Positions 44,716 through 60,289 of a DNA stretch of 64,000 nt are shown here, one piece after another (the stretch's first letter is position 1; each line of letters starts with the position of its first letter). The notes under the pieces are model-generated. The model made no database searches. It worked only from the letters and a program-made list of their open reading frames with translations, and was not told the origin of the DNA. Location: NCBI RefSeq assembly GCF_009914755.1, contig NC_060942.1; one strand, given 5' to 3'. The translations under genes were made by a program, and so were the position numbers. Origin of the DNA: the human T2T-CHM13v2.0 reference genome, Homo sapiens.

Positions 44716-47700
44716 CAGCATATTAAATCCACATTAAAATGTCTTAAAATAAACTGGAAAAAGTCAGGCATGTTTTTATATGGTCCCAACATCACCCTTA
44801 ATTTCCCTCAATAACCTCCTCTCTTTACCTCATCTCTAAAGTCATCCTATCAGCTCTACTTCCAAAATATCTCTGAATCCAAATACTTCTTCCCATCCCT
44901 ACTGCTGTCACCCAAATCCAAGCCACCATCATTCTCTCCTGTATCACAGCAATAGCCTCACAGCTAAACTACCACCCTTCATGCTTGCCTGAACTTCTAC
45001 AGCCAGTTCTTTTTCTAAATTAAGACAACATTTACATAATATAAAATTTACCATTTTAATCATTTTAAGGTGTATAATTCAGTGGTTATTAGTATATTGC
45101 CAACGTTCCACAACCATCACCACTATCCACTTCCAGGACATTATCATCACCCCCGCAAAACCCCGTATCCAGTAAATGATCATTTCTCATTTTCTCCTCT
45201 CCCCAGCCTCAGACAACCACTAATACAATCTATTCTGAGCACAGCAGTTGGAGTAATATTTTTCAAAGATAAATCAGATCATGCCACTTCTCTGCTTAAA
45301 ACTCTCCAATGACTTTGAATAACATTTAAATTCCTTAGCCTGACCTAGAAAACCATTCACGATTTAGTCCCTGTCTTCAGTGCTGTCTGGTACCATTCTC
45401 CCACTTGCTTGCGAGGTTCTGTCCACACAAGACCTCTGTGTGTTTCTTGGACACAACAGCTCATTCCTCCTTCAGGGCCTTTTCCATGTGTTCCCATTCC
45501 TCAGATGCAGTTTCCTGCTTGGCAGATTGGTGCCTTCCCAACATTCAAGTTGCACCACAGCTGTCCGCTCCTCAGTGAGTTTCCCTGGCCGAGACAGCCC
45601 CCCATGACACTGTTGCTCCTTAACCTCCTCCTTCTCACTTTCCTTACCTCATTGATCACTATCTGACACATTCATTTTTAAAAATTTAATGAAAGCCCAT
45701 AGTTTACTCAGATTTCCTTTGCTTTTACCCAATGTCCTTTTCTCTTCCAGAATCCCACCCAGGATACTATATTACATGTACTTGTCTTGGCTCCTTAGGC
45801 CCCTCTTGGCTGTGACAGTTTCTCAGACTTTCTTTGTTTTGATGACCTTGACGTTTTTGAGGAGTGGGATGCTCCTCTATTGGAATTCGTCTGATTTTTT
45901 TTTTTCACGATTAGACTGGAGCTGTGGGTGTTTTGGAGACAGAGCACAGAGGTAAAGTGCCATTTCATTGCATCTTATCAAGGGTTCACATTCATTTTTT
46001 ATTTGTTGCTTACCTGTCCCTCCCACTGTTAGAATATTAAGCTCCATGAAGGTAGGAACATTGCCTGCTCTGTTCATAGTTTTATTCACAGAACCTAGAA
46101 TAGCATCCAGTACAGAGCCTCATTAATTATTAGTTGATTGAAATCATGAATAAACTAGAAAACAAATGACCAATATACTGCCTACTGTTTTTGCATGTGA
46201 AATAAAATATGGGTCAAGAGGATTCATTGAGCATAGGTCAAAGACACTAAAACCCTTTCAAATAATCTGGCATATCCGTGAGATAAATCTAAACCCTCAT
46301 GCAAATAAATAATTAACCCAAGGCCAATAGCACATTCAAAATCATTAATGAAAATTGATTTTCCTTTTCTGTGGGGCTGCGTCTCCCTGCTGCAACACAA
46401 TCCCATTTGCAGACTCAGCCAGGATTCATTGTGTTTCACTTCATTTCTACTCAGGGTCTTCTATTTCCTGAACCGTGCTAGCCTCTGTGAATTTTTTTTC
46501 TTTTTAAATATTTGGCTTGGTCAGCCTATGCATGAAAAGGGTATGAGTGACTTTATGTAGGTAAGCTTTGAAAGGTAGCAACCCCTCTCAGAACAAGGAG
46601 TTAACACATGAGGAGAAGCCAGGCTTGTCCAGCAGAGAATGCAGGGAGGGTGACCGAGCCCTGGGGCTGAATGAAGGGCTCTGCCAACTGACTTCATGGT
46701 GCAGGGGAGCAGGAGGAGGAGTCTGCTGGCAGCCGGTTAAATGCCTTTCCAGGAACATGGTGAAAACTGATTAAATATAGATGCAATCATATGAAATGAT
46801 AGAGGGAACCTAAGGGACGTCTCCAGCCATTAAAACACCAAACACCAATGGGAGCTCCCTAGTGGTCACGGAGGAAGTTCGTTTTCTGACATGAGCTCCC
46901 AGAGAATGAAGTCCCTGAAAGGAAGAACTATTTGTATTCCACTCAGATTTCATGTAACCTTTTCTTTTGGAAGCTTCAGTAAGCAAAGGCACATTTGTCA
47001 AGGCTTCGGGATGAATGTGGAAAGCTTTTGAGCACTGAACTTGGAGATACTCAGAAGGGCTTACTGGAAAGGCTGCCCTGGGCTGGGAGCAGTCAGACAT
47101 CCACTCCAGCTGGCCAGGCAGTGTGGGCCTCAGCTATGATTACCTCCAATGAGCCAATTTCCTGACTGTGTGTAACCTCCCAATCAATTTATTTGAACGT
47201 GAGTTTCCCTAGGTAATGAGCTGCATCGTGTATCATTGGTCAGAGTATTTACTTTTCCTAGCATGCATCAGAGTAAGTGACTTACAGGTCAAATACCATA
47301 AGGTTACGTAAGAAGTTTAACTAGCATTTCTTATTTCATTCACCAATACTATCATGAGACATTTTGTGTTTCCTTGGGTCTATGGTGCCATTAATGGTAG
47401 CACTATGGACTGAATGCATAGCATTTTGGGGACAAAGAAAACAACCACAACAAGACATGTTCCAATTTCAGAAAAGGAATGTGTGGAAAATTTTACAAGA
47501 TGGAGCTGAGGAAATTCGGGATGTCAAACACCAAGTGAGTGCTTGTAGACACTGAGAATTCCCTGGTAACTTTGTGGTGCAGAGCCCATTCATCTCACCA
47601 GTCCCCACAATGCTTCATGGACGCTGGCATCAGTGTTTCGAGTTCCAGCTTTCCCAGGACTCCTCCACATGAGCTGGTTTGAGGAAGCCTGAAAGACCCC

Positions 47701-49374
47701 TGGGCTTCACCCTGCCTCTGGGCCCTCTGCTTGCTCAGGCTGGGCAGTAGCGGTGGTCCACTACCCCCTCCACCCTTCCTGGACAGGGTCTCCAGAGGGC
47801 ACATGAATTCCATCCTTCTGCCCTGCTGGCCAAACCTTTCTGTTTCCCATCTGTTAGGGTTCCCATGTGGGCTGACATCAGTTCCCACCCCCAGTGAATT
47901 CTCAAAGGTCCCCTCTGTCTGTTCAGTCCTCAATTCCCACCGTTCTTTATATTCAATCTTGTACTATCTTCTTACTACACTTAAGTTTTGACTTGAGATA
48001 TGCATTCTTCCTCTGTTACCACCAAAGAAGAACTGGGTTTTCCTGTGTTTGGTTCTGCATTCTAAAACACCACTAATACCACCTCATCAACAGCTAGCAC
48101 CTAGTGAGCACTTCCTGTATGCCAGGCTGTGCAACATGCACACACAATGCCATGTTTGTGTAATCTCATAATCCGCCACGACTACCTCTGAGGCAGGTAC
48201 AATTATTATCCTCTCTTACAAGTGAAGCAGATGAAGCCCAGTGCTTGGGTCAACAGCCCTCATTGACCAAGCTACAAAAGGAAGAGTCAAGACTCCACAA
48301 GGCCTGCATGGCCTCACCACACAAGCTCACAGCCAGTGTTTGTGAGGCCTCTCCTTTGGCAAGAGGTGCAGAGCTGCTGTACAAGTAGCCACTGTGAGTG
48401 AGGGGCCTCCTTGGTGGGATGGAGGGGTGAAGGGGAGGGAGAAAATGAGGATGAATACCAGGTTCCTGGCTTGGATCACTGGGTAGACAGTGGTACCCCT
48501 CACCCATGTTAGCAACTCAGGAGAAGAAGCTGTGGAGGCTTTGGCAGCAGCCTTCTGCACTTTGTGTCCTGTCATCTTGCAGAACATCAAAGGCCAATGT
48601 ACACATGGGTCCAACACTCCAGACAATATTTTCCTGACCCCCTTGACTCCAGTGACCTTTACTTGGATTCCATTTCAACCAGCCACCCTCTTGGCTATGC
48701 TTGTTCCATGCATTCCCCAAAACTCCCCCATATGAGAATTCCCATGTTCAAATGACCACTTTCTGTCTGCACTGGGTCTGTTGGACTCTTGCTCCAGTTA
48801 TTTGCACCACGTGTTTTCCTGCCTCCGTAAGACTCCCAAGCCTTCAGCCTGTCTTCCCAGCTACCAACGTATAAACTCTATCCTGTCCTTGCTCTTTTCC
48901 AAGCCTGGCTGCCCCCATGAATTATGTCCCATGCTTACCTCTGCAGCCCCCTCTCCTGCCACAGCCTGGTCTCTCTTTGCTCCTTGTTCCAGGCAAAACC
49001 ATGACCAGATATTTCCCTGATTCTAAGATCCCATTTGTTGAAGAGACAATAATGTTTAATAACAGATTTCTAGAAGAAAGACAACACTACCACATGAAAT
49101 GTATGCAGTCATTGGGAGAAATCTTTGTATTTAAGAAATGATCAAAGTGCAAACAGATCTGTTTTAGGATGGTGAGATTTCAGTTCTTCAGTCTCTCTCA
49201 TCCCCAGGTCATGGGCACACAGTTTCTGGCTGGAATGGAAATACTATCTCATTTAACTTTTAAACAATGCTGCAAACTAGGTATTCGCATCACCATTTTA
49301 TAAAATGGAAACAGTTTTAGAAACATAAAGTTATTTTCTCTAAGAAGGTTACACAGGTAATAAGGGAGAAAAAT

Positions 49375-49765
49375 TATATTAGTCTGTTTAGGCAACCATA
49401 ACAAAATACCATGGCCTGGGTGGCTTATGCAACACACATTTGTTTTCTCATGGTTCTGGGGGCTGGAAGTTTGAGATCTGGATGTCGGCAGGGTTGGGTG
49501 CTGGGGAGGGCTCTCTCCCAGGCTTGCAGAGGGCCACCTTCTTGCTGCGTCCTCACATGACCCTTCCTCAGTGGGTGCTTCCTCTCCTTATAAAGTCACA
49601 AATCCCATCATGCAGGACCCAACCTCAAGACCTAATGTAACTCTCATTACCTCCCAAAGGTCCATCTCCAAGGTCTCATTACCTCCCAAGGTCTCATCCC
49701 ATTGGGGGTTAGAGCTTCAACATATGAGTGATGAGGGAGGGACACAAACGTTCAGTACATAACAA
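49375..49765 (-). mobile_element. MLT1A/B-type LTR
   Basis: tattagtctgtttaggcaaccataacaaaatacc...tctcatggttctgggggctggaagtttgagatc. Confidence 0.8.
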
Positions 49766-50334
49766 TAATCATGTCTTAAACATAGGCCTTCTCATTTCAA
49801 TTTCTAATTTCCTTTTATCCTGCTACACTGTAGCTGGATTCATTAATTCCTACTTGCCTTCTAAAACCCAGTCAGGGTGCCCACCGTGAAAAGCCCTTCC
49901 AGACCCTGTTTTCCAAGGCGGGGCTGGGCTCAGGGCTCTCCTCTGGGCTTCCCTCGGATCCTGTGCATTCTTTTAGTCCTTCCCACTGTGTTTGAGAATC
50001 ACAGATAGGTCAAGGCCTTAGTAACTTTGTGTCTGTAGAACCAACAAGACTTGTTCCATCGTGGCCCTTCCAACAATATTTGTTCCGTTTCCCTGGAGCA
50101 ATTTGACAGCCCATCGGGCATTGGGAACGGTTTTATCTGTTTTAGGACCATTAGAACTTCAAGAATCGCACAAATGCTACTGGTTTTTTTTCAGACCTTC
50201 AGAAACTCCCAAGCCAATGCTTTCAGGAAGTCTTAAATATTCATCTTAGAAAACTCTAATTAGTATTGCAAATTAAATGTATCCTTTTCTGGTCTGGCTA
50301 TTATACAAATGGAGGTGTTTTTTCAGTTGTTGTT

Positions 50335-50790
<456 letters not shown>

Positions 50791-53700
50791 CCAAATGGAG
50801 GTTTTTCACACCAGACCTGAAAATCCATTCGTTGGGGAGGATAGGAACGTCTAAGTTGTTTGATGTTTGGCCCAGACTTTTAGAAAATCCCACAAGTAAA
50901 TTTTACTGGTAGGAACAGTGGGAATCAAACTCATCTCTTTGAAAGGCTTGATGATAGCAAAGTCTCCCGAGACACAAGTAGTGATACGGGAGATGGAGCA
51001 AAATAACTTGCTCCATATCTTCCTTCCTTAAAAGAATTGGCCAAGGAACGGCTTGGATGACTCATTGATCTCTGCCTGTGACCCGTGCCAGAGCCTTGCC
51101 TGCCGGGTTCTCTGAGTTTCTGGTGAAGCATTCAGACTCCATGCAGGAAGTGAGGTCATGATTGTTTTGGCAGTTTGGGTGGCGTTTATCCTTTGGTAGC
51201 GGCTGAAGTTTATCAGTAGGTTTAGCCTTTGCACTTTGAGAAACCAACTATTATCTCACTCACAATTTAGAATAATAAAAAGTCCATGGCAGAAAAACGT
51301 GCAGTAAGTACAGATAAAGAACAAACGAGGGAGAACCTGGTGTTCCTGTCCACATCAGCCCCCCAGGGCACACAATCTATCCATGCTCTGATAGAGTCCG
51401 TGAGAAGGCGCCACCGGCGTTCTCGCTTTTTCTTTCTGGTAGCAGCTGCAAGTCAAGACATTTCTTGGAGAGCGGTTGGGAGTAGAGAAAACACGTTACA
51501 TCTTTAGTTAATAATTTGGATTCAGTTATATCCTGAAGTGACCTGCAAGGGGGACACTTAGGTTTAGGAAGACCTCTTAAAGGTTTGTCTCCTCCCTGGG
51601 AGCTGTAATCAGAGCAGTTAAAAGATGGGCTAAGCCTCCGCAGTTTGTTGTCAGAAGTGGCTAAGAAGAATCTGGTAACTGCTGTCAGGGACCCCTCCTG
51701 GAGGCTTCCTGTACCCCGTGGGACGCCGACCAGATTTCCAATGTGGTTCTAAGTCTGAGATGCTACAAGCTTATGCATTTACAATTACATAGAGAAACAG
51801 GGTTCTCCTTTAACACTTTGCTCATGAGGGGCATCCCAAAGACTAAAAAGTACGGAACTGCAAAAACAAACGAACAAACAACTTTGCAAATCTTGCTTTA
51901 AATATCCAAAGCAAGAGAAAAGTAACACATCACCATTAAAATGATCTTAGATTGGTAAACTATCTGAGCTGCTATACTATTATTAATGGGAAAAAAAAAA
52001 ACACCTGGATGAAGATGTTAAATAATTCCATAAGTCACTATCATTCATCAAGCAAGTAAGAGACTTTTTATGCAACTACAAACTCTGGCTTGACTTCTTC
52101 AAATTTTGTTTTATGTTTTATTTTTTATATCTGGAATATATTGTGAGACTTAGAACAGATGGCTATAATCCCAAAGCATATATATGCATTATAGTTTTTA
52201 GGAGCTAAAAACTATAATTAAAAATGATTGTATGCACACACAGTGCTGAAAGATTTTTAAAACAGAAAAGCTTCATATAAAATGTGGACTTTCTCAGCCA
52301 TCCTGTTACTTGATGCTCTGTAGACATGCTCTGGGTGAGAGGATCATACCTCACAGTGGGATCGGGACACCCCAAAGGGAGATTGTCTTGTAGTTGGATC
52401 AGTTCGGCCTAGTCCACACTTGGAACTCTCCCCTGCTGGTTTCAGTTACGGTAGACTGGAATTGGCACATTACCCAGAGGCGGAAGGGAAGTTACAGTGT
52501 CTGTGGATATGTATAGTGGTGCCTCACACACTAGATTTCATGTCAGACAAAGCAAGTTGAAATCTGCAATCTGCTTTTTATTAGCTTTGTGACCTTGGGC
52601 AAGTTAATCTCTTTAATCCCCGGTAACACTGTGGGGTTATTTTGAGGTTTAAATGAACCCACGACGGCCACTTCACTAACTCCCTAATTTTCTTATTACT
52701 CATCAGGTCCCCATGTTCTCTCATCCTTCCTTTCATGGCTTAATTAATTCATGGCTTAATTAATGGTTGGCTCCATCTTCACAAGCACCCTCAAAGCTCT
52801 CTTGTTTCTCTCCCTCCATTGTACTTGCCTGGAAACCCCCAGCCTAAGATGGATCCACCAAGCTACTCTTCTGGGAGAGAAATCATTCATACCAACAGGA
52901 TCACAAAACACACTTTTCCACCTGCATCTGCCTTGTGCTCACAGTGCCGTTTGACCCAGTCGGCCACCATCTTCTTGGCTTCTTAACACCACCACCACTT
53001 CTTAACACTTCTTGGCTTCTTAACACCACTCTGAGATATACTTTCAAGTTCTTTGCTTTATTGTTTAAATTAAAAATAGAGGGGTTTTTTTTCTTGTTCA
53101 AAGGGTTGCAATAATAATTTTTCTAGAAGCCGGACACGATGATTTTACTGAAGAGACTCCAACCCTGCCTCTAATCAGAGGACCTAAATAATCACTGCAA
53201 ATCCTGAAGCCCTAGAGCTGTGTTCCCTGAACACCTAAAGACAGAGGAGGTGAGGCCAGCAGTCTCCTTAACTCTCTGGGTCAGCCTCAGAGATGGCCAT
53301 CAGCTGATTCCTCTTTTTTATTCCTTAAGGGTTGAGAGTTGAAGAGAGAAGTCAATTGATGCCACCACTGAGTTTTAGGACTTCAAAAAGAAATGTATAA
53401 ATAGCTGTTTGGTTTTCTTGCCATTTCCACCAAGGTCTAAGTGGGTGGGGGTGAGGCGGGGTGTTGATGGACAGGGAGCAGCCATGATTCATTGGCCTCT
53501 CCGTTTTGGGAGGGAAGCTCACTGGGCTATTGCTGGTGACTGCACTTTCACAAATGCTCCTCCGGTGCACTTTCCCTCTGTAAATGGCTGCCTTCACTTG
53601 GAGAGTTACCTTTTTTCAGTGTCTTTCACAGCTTTCGTAACTTCTAGCTCTAGGAAAGGGTATGAGAGAGTTCATGTCTTTGTCAGTTATCCTGGAGGAA

Positions 53701-55024
53701 AGCAAACCAGTCCTCAAAAATGAGTTACTCATCATGTGAATTCATTGGTTAAATAAAGGCTGAATAGTGGGAAGAGTTACTCATATACCGTAACAGACAC
53801 TCACAGCCATCTGGCTGTCTGGCCTCCTCTTCATGCCCACATTACTCCTTACTCTAAATGAGGTTAATGGGAATTAATATATATGTATTAGGAAAAGGAG
53901 ACATCCTTGGGGACCTGAGCTCCAGCTCATCAGTACAGTGCTCCTCTCTAGGTAGACAACAGGGTACTTGGGGAAACACTGAGTAATGGTTGAAAGATAA
54001 ATTACATATAGGCTAGTCAATATCTTGCCAATTAAGCTTACTGTATTCCTGAATAGAACATTTCTGAGAAAAAGACTGGCATCTAAGCAGTTCAAATAGT
54101 TGCATTTTATTGTCCTATTTCATGGGGCAATTTCTTTCCACATTGACTTTCATACACATAGACAGTGGAAACAGCTTTTTAAATTTACAAATAAAATACT
54201 TCAAAATTGTATCTGTAGGACTGGCAGTCATTGAGAAGAAAAATCAGCCATCCCACAAGACAATGCTTGATAACAAGAGTCCCTAAAATGTGTGATGTGC
54301 TTGGTGAAATATTTCTATCCTACTCATTAGCGTATTTGAGCAGACTTTCTTGCATGCTGTCTCTCTCCTTCCTATCAATGCTATCTCTAGTCCATGCTAT
54401 TAATTATTTACATAATGCCCATATTGTGAAATACATAGCATGCATTATGAACATCAGACAGTGCTTTTCTGTGGCTTGTATCACGGTATTCTATCAACCC
54501 ACTACATAAACAACCTCTCTCATATGTAGACTGCATGATGGTCCTGATGAATTGATCTTGTTCAGATCCTGTGTACATATTACAGCAGTGTTTTATCACT
54601 ACATAGATATACACACACACTCAATAGTCACTGGTGTTAAAATAAATATTGTGACTTTGCCTAGAGAATGGCCTCACTGAGTAACTGGCGGCATCAGATG
54701 GTCTTTATCAGTCATGCAGATAGGAGCGTGCCTGCTCGTAGCTTGGTTGTCTTGTTGTTTGGGGTGATTCTCCTTTTCATCTATCCCAGGGAAGGGTTCT
54801 GTTCTTCATCATAGCAAGCCCATGGGATGGTCTAATTCTCTGTGCACAGGAGAAATCTAAAAGCACCCTGTTGAATCAGTCAGTCCAGTTTCACTAAACG
54901 TTTTACTCAATTCAGTAGCATTTATTAACCACTTAGCAGTGTATTCTGAGCACTGTGGGAAATATAAAAGAATAATAATCCTTTAAAGAATGTAAGCTTG
55001 AATGGCTTAAGATCAAAATTGTTC

Positions 55025-56480
55025 TTTTTTAGCAGCTTTAAAGGGTTATAATCCACATATCATACAATTCACACATTTAAAGTGTACAATTCAATGGTGT
55101 TTAGTGTATTCAGAGTTGTACAACCATTATCAAAATCAAGCTTAGAATATTTCATTACCCATAAGAGAAATCTTGCAATTAGCAATCATTCTCCATCTTC
55201 CCCTCCTCAAACTTCCCAAACCCAGGCAACCATGAATCTACTTTCTGTCCTACGGATTTGCATAATCTGGACATTGCCTGTAAATGAGATTATACAATAT
55301 GTGGTCAGTTGTGACTGGCTTCTTTCACTGGACATAAGGTTTTGTTCATTGATGATGTAGCATGTATCAGTATTTCATTCTGTGTTATTGCTGAACAACA
55401 TTTCATTGCATAGATATACAACAAATTATCCATTCATCAGTTGATTGCCATTTTGGTTGTGTGCTGTTATGAACAATGTACATAAAACTTATGTTTTTAT
55501 GTACATGTGTGTTTTCATTTTTCTTACATGTGTATTTAGGAGTAGAATTGCTGGGTTACATGGTAATTATATGTTTAACACTTTGAGGAACTGCCAGACT
55601 GTTTTCCAAAGTGGCTGCACTATTTTCATTATCATTAGCCATATACAAGGGCTCTAATTTCTCTACATCCTTGTCAACATTTGCTATTATTTATATTTTT
55701 ATTTAATTATAGCCATTTCTGTGGATATGAAGTGTTATTTCATTGTGGTTTTGATTTGCATTTCTCTTATGACTAAGAATGTTGAGTGTCTTTTCACGTA
55801 TTTAATGGCCATTTGTATATCACCTTTGAAGGGATGTCTGCTCAGATTCATTGCCCATTTTTCAACTGGGTTATTTTTTCTTTTTATTATTGAGTTGTAG
55901 GTGTTCTTTATATATTCTAAATACAAGCCCTTTTTCAGATATACGATTTGCAAATATTTTCTCTCATTGTGAGGGTTATCTTTTCACTTTCTTGATGATC
56001 TTCTTTGAAACAATAAAGTTTTAAATTTTTATGAAACTTAATTTGCCTTTTTTTGTCACTTGTGGTTTTAGTGTCTTAATTAAGAAGGTTTTGCCTAACC
56101 TCAAGTCATGAAGGTTCACTCCTATATCAAAGTCATCTATTCTTTGTTGATCTTCTTTCTAGTTTTTCTATCTATTTCTGAAAGTGGGGTGTATAAGTCT
56201 CCAATTATTACTTGTGAATTATCTATTTTTCCTTCTATCCATTCTGTCTATATTTGCTTTGTATATCTGGGGGCTCTGTTGTTAGGTGCACGTATGTTTA
56301 AAATTGTCACATCTTCCTGATGAATTGACCCTTTAAGTGTTGTAAAATGTTCTTATTTGTCCCTAGTGAAAATTTTTGTTTTAAAGTCTGTCTTCTCCAA
56401 TATCAGCATAGCCACTCTAGCTTCTTATGGTTACTGATTGTATGATATATTATGATATATCTTTTTCATCCTTTTACTTT
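55025..56480 (-). mobile_element. L1MB-type fragments
   Basis: Antisense L1 3' UTR and ORF2 end ([11 protein letters not shown]), plus an endonuclease-region piece. Confidence 0.82.
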
Positions 56481-56569
56481 GCATCCTAAATATACACAAG
56501 ACTTCCACAAAACAATCAGAAAATGACCAACAACCAATATGCATTAGTTAAGAGCAATTCTACTCCTAA

Positions 56570-56967
<398 letters not shown>

Positions 56968-58925
56968 AAAAACAGCATTTGTAATAGCCTCAAACTGAAA
57001 ACAACCCAAATGCCATCAGTAGCAGAATTAAGAAGTAATTTTTGGTATATTCACACAACAGAATATTATATTTTGAACAGAATGAGTTATATACAGTCAC
57101 ACACAATAATAAGACTGAATCTCACAAACATAATATTGAGTTAAAGAAAACCACAGAAAAATACATATGTATGAGTCCCTTCAGATAAAATATAAAAACA
57201 GATAAAATTAGCCTATGCTGTTAAAAATAAGAGTAGTGGTTACCCTTCTGGGGGATAGGTAGTAAAAGAGGGAGTGTTGGAGATACTTGTTACTCAGCTG
57301 TGTTTACTTTGTGAAAATTAGTTGATATATATACTTTTCTATACATATATGACTTCAACTAAAAAATTGTAAAGAGAGCTATAATTTAAATAAAATATGG
57401 AATTCCTTACATTTTCTTTAAAAAGCTAGCATATAGTGAAACCTGACAAAGATGGCACAAAACATTTTTGGCCAAGCCTGCTTATGACTACAGATACAAA
57501 ACATTTTTAAAAAACACTAGCAAATCTAATCTAGCATCACGTTAAAGGATTAATGCTCTAGAAAACCATGAATGACTTAATACTAGAAAATCTAGAAATG
57601 TCATTGATTCCATCAATAGGCCAAAAGAGAGAAACTTTATGTTCACCTTAATAAATGTTAAAAGACATTTAACAAAATTCATCATCCATTTCTGATAGAA
57701 GTTAAACAAATTACATATAGAATAGTCTCTCAAAATGATTAAAAAATTATCTCAACCCAGTAGCTTACATCATATTTAAAAGCAAAACAATAGAGTGTTT
57801 TCCAAATTTATTTTGCCAAGGTACATAACTTAAATTATAATGTACTGAAGAGCTACCAGTAGGAGCTCATGACATATGTATAATACTATGTTAAGATGGG
57901 ACTTTCCTGTTGACTCAGAGTTTCAGCTATGTCCCCCAAATCTGAGAACAAATACAAGAGTTGTTTAATATCTCCCCATCCTGCACCTCTTGGGTGGCAC
58001 TAGACTGTCCATGCAGGACAGGCTAAGAAATTGTGAAACCCTCTGCCAGAATTGGCCCATCACTCCCCTCTAGGATATAAAAGAGAAGACAAAGAATTCA
58101 TTGTAATTAAAGAGGTCTGTGTTGAGGTTTTTTTTTTCTTTTCTTTTCTTTTTAAAGAATGGCTAATGGGCCATGTATTTCACCCATGGAAGAAAAAGAG
58201 AGAGTCTTTGAAGTAGGGTTTTAAGAGTACTATTTGAAAAGCTTGACATGGGTCCCCTGGTTAGAGAGAGACAGGCCTGGTATCTGATTGATCCCTGAAA
58301 AGAGTAAAGGTAAGAGGCTATGACTGGCCAGGAGCTCCAAGATAACAAAGCCAAGGGAAGAAGTTGATTAGAAAAGCTTGACTTCCTCAGTTGGGAAGGG
58401 GAAAGAACGTGTAAATTTCCTATGGGCCAAATATTGGGTCCAAAGAATGAAGCTGGATTATATCATTTTGAGAGGAACTATGTTGGTCATATGTGACTCC
58501 TAACAGAGAGACAAACTCCTGGAATTCATGGTGCTAGTCATTAGCAGCCAGTAAGAGGAGCACTGCCTATGTGAAGGTAGCTGTATGTGAGAGATCCTAG
58601 CAATAGTCAAGGAGAATTACAGAGGAGAGGACCCTAAGGACCTCATAGGAACACCCCAAAAAAGAGTGCATCTTCATAAGGAGTCTGCTATATGCAGAGG
58701 GCATCTATTCTAGGTTACAACTGCACCAGCCAGGTAAGACTTTTCTGTCCTTTAGCTGTCCTCTCTATTCCTACTTTCCCCTAACTCCTAGCCTGTGCCC
58801 AACCTTGGAGATGGTTAAAACAATAGCTTGCAAATAGGTGAGTTGGTGGAGCCAGACATGGGAAAAGAAGTTGGCCAAAGTGCCTATTTCCACTGCAGGT
58901 TTCCAAACCACTGGGGAAGGAGACA

Positions 58926-59352
58926 TGTGTATTAGGCCATTCTTGCATTGCCATAAAGAAATACCCGAGGCTGCGGTAATTTATACAGAAAAGAGGTTTA
59001 ATAGGCTCATGGTTCTGTCAGCTGTACAGGGAGCTTTGTGACAGAACTTGCTCAGCTTCTGGGGAGGCCTCAGGGAGCTTTTACTCATGGAAGCCAAAGG
59101 GAAAGTCAGTGCCTCAGAAAGCAGAGCACGAGCAAGAGAGTGAGTGGGGGTGGGGCACACACTTCAATGACCAGATCTCATGCGAACTCAGAACAAGAGC
59201 TCAATCATCATCCAGGGGATGGCCCAAGCTATTCATGAGGAATCCACCCCCATGATCCAAACACTTCTCACCAGGCCCTACCTCCAACACTGGGGATTAC
59301 ATTTCAACATCAGATTTGGGCAGGGACAAATAAACACCCAAATTATATCAAC
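58926..59352 (-). mobile_element. MSTA-type LTR
   Basis: tgtattaggccattcttgcattgccataaagaaatacc...ggggattacatttcaacat...caaattatatca. Confidence 0.85.
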
Positions 59353-60289
59353 ATGTTTTTGATTAGACCACAAATTTAAGCTATGCATTTATTTTATAGG
59401 GCTGAACTTCTATTATGTAAAAAATGACCAGATAACTATAGACATGCTTGTGATTAAGCTAGCAATGGAAAAAAACAAGTCAAAAGAACAGATTTGAAGG
59501 GCCTGTTGTGGGAAAGAATAAGGTGGCATTCTAATTGATTTGAGAAATTCAACACATATACATGTACATATTTATGCACATACAAGGCCACAGCCTCATT
59601 TGTGTCTTGCCACATCTACTCATGCCACCTCTGATGAGTTTTCATCCACCAGCAATGTGAAATTTTTTGAAAAGCAAATCTTATCAAGTGATCTCTGCCT
59701 AAAATCCCCCAGTGGCTCCGTATCACTCCTAGATTAAAGACCCACACCCAGACCCTAGAAGGTTAAGCTATCCTTACCAAGTTCAACCAGTAGCACACTC
59801 CTTCTCATTCTATGTGCTCTCATTTTTTCCCCCAGAAACTTGTACTGCTTTCCCACCTCACCTTTGCACGTAACTCTTCCCTCTGCCTGGAATATAGTTT
59901 TCTTTCTTCTTTGAAGCCTGATCCTTCAAAGGTCAATTGTCCTTTCCTCAGAGAAATCTGTGTTGACCTTCCCAGGTCAAATTTCCTTATTATATAATCT
60001 TATATTACTATTTACTTCTCCTTTACAGCTTATATCACAGTTATGTTTTACATTATGTGATATTTGTTAGTATGTGCATCCTCTACTTGACTGTAAATGT
60101 TATAAGGGCAGTTACCAAATCTATTTTTGTTTCCCATAGAATCACCAATACCTGCTACCAATAGGGGGCCTGCTACCAAGTAAGTTATTGGATATTTGAA
60201 AAGTGAATGTGTGGCAGCCAAAATATATAATGCACCTATGAATAAGCTTAAAGAAATGTGTCCATATGAGAAAAACTACAAAAATTTAC

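Noticed and set aside
51400-51430. CpG-dense motif gaaggcgccaccggcgttctcgc as a CTCF site
   Set aside because: Only a partial match to the core; it cannot be supported without a PWM scan or ChIP data.
52732-53030. Short duplications (ttcatggcttaattaa x2; cttcttggcttcttaacacc x2)
   Set aside because: Ordinary slippage-type micro-duplications with no further structure.
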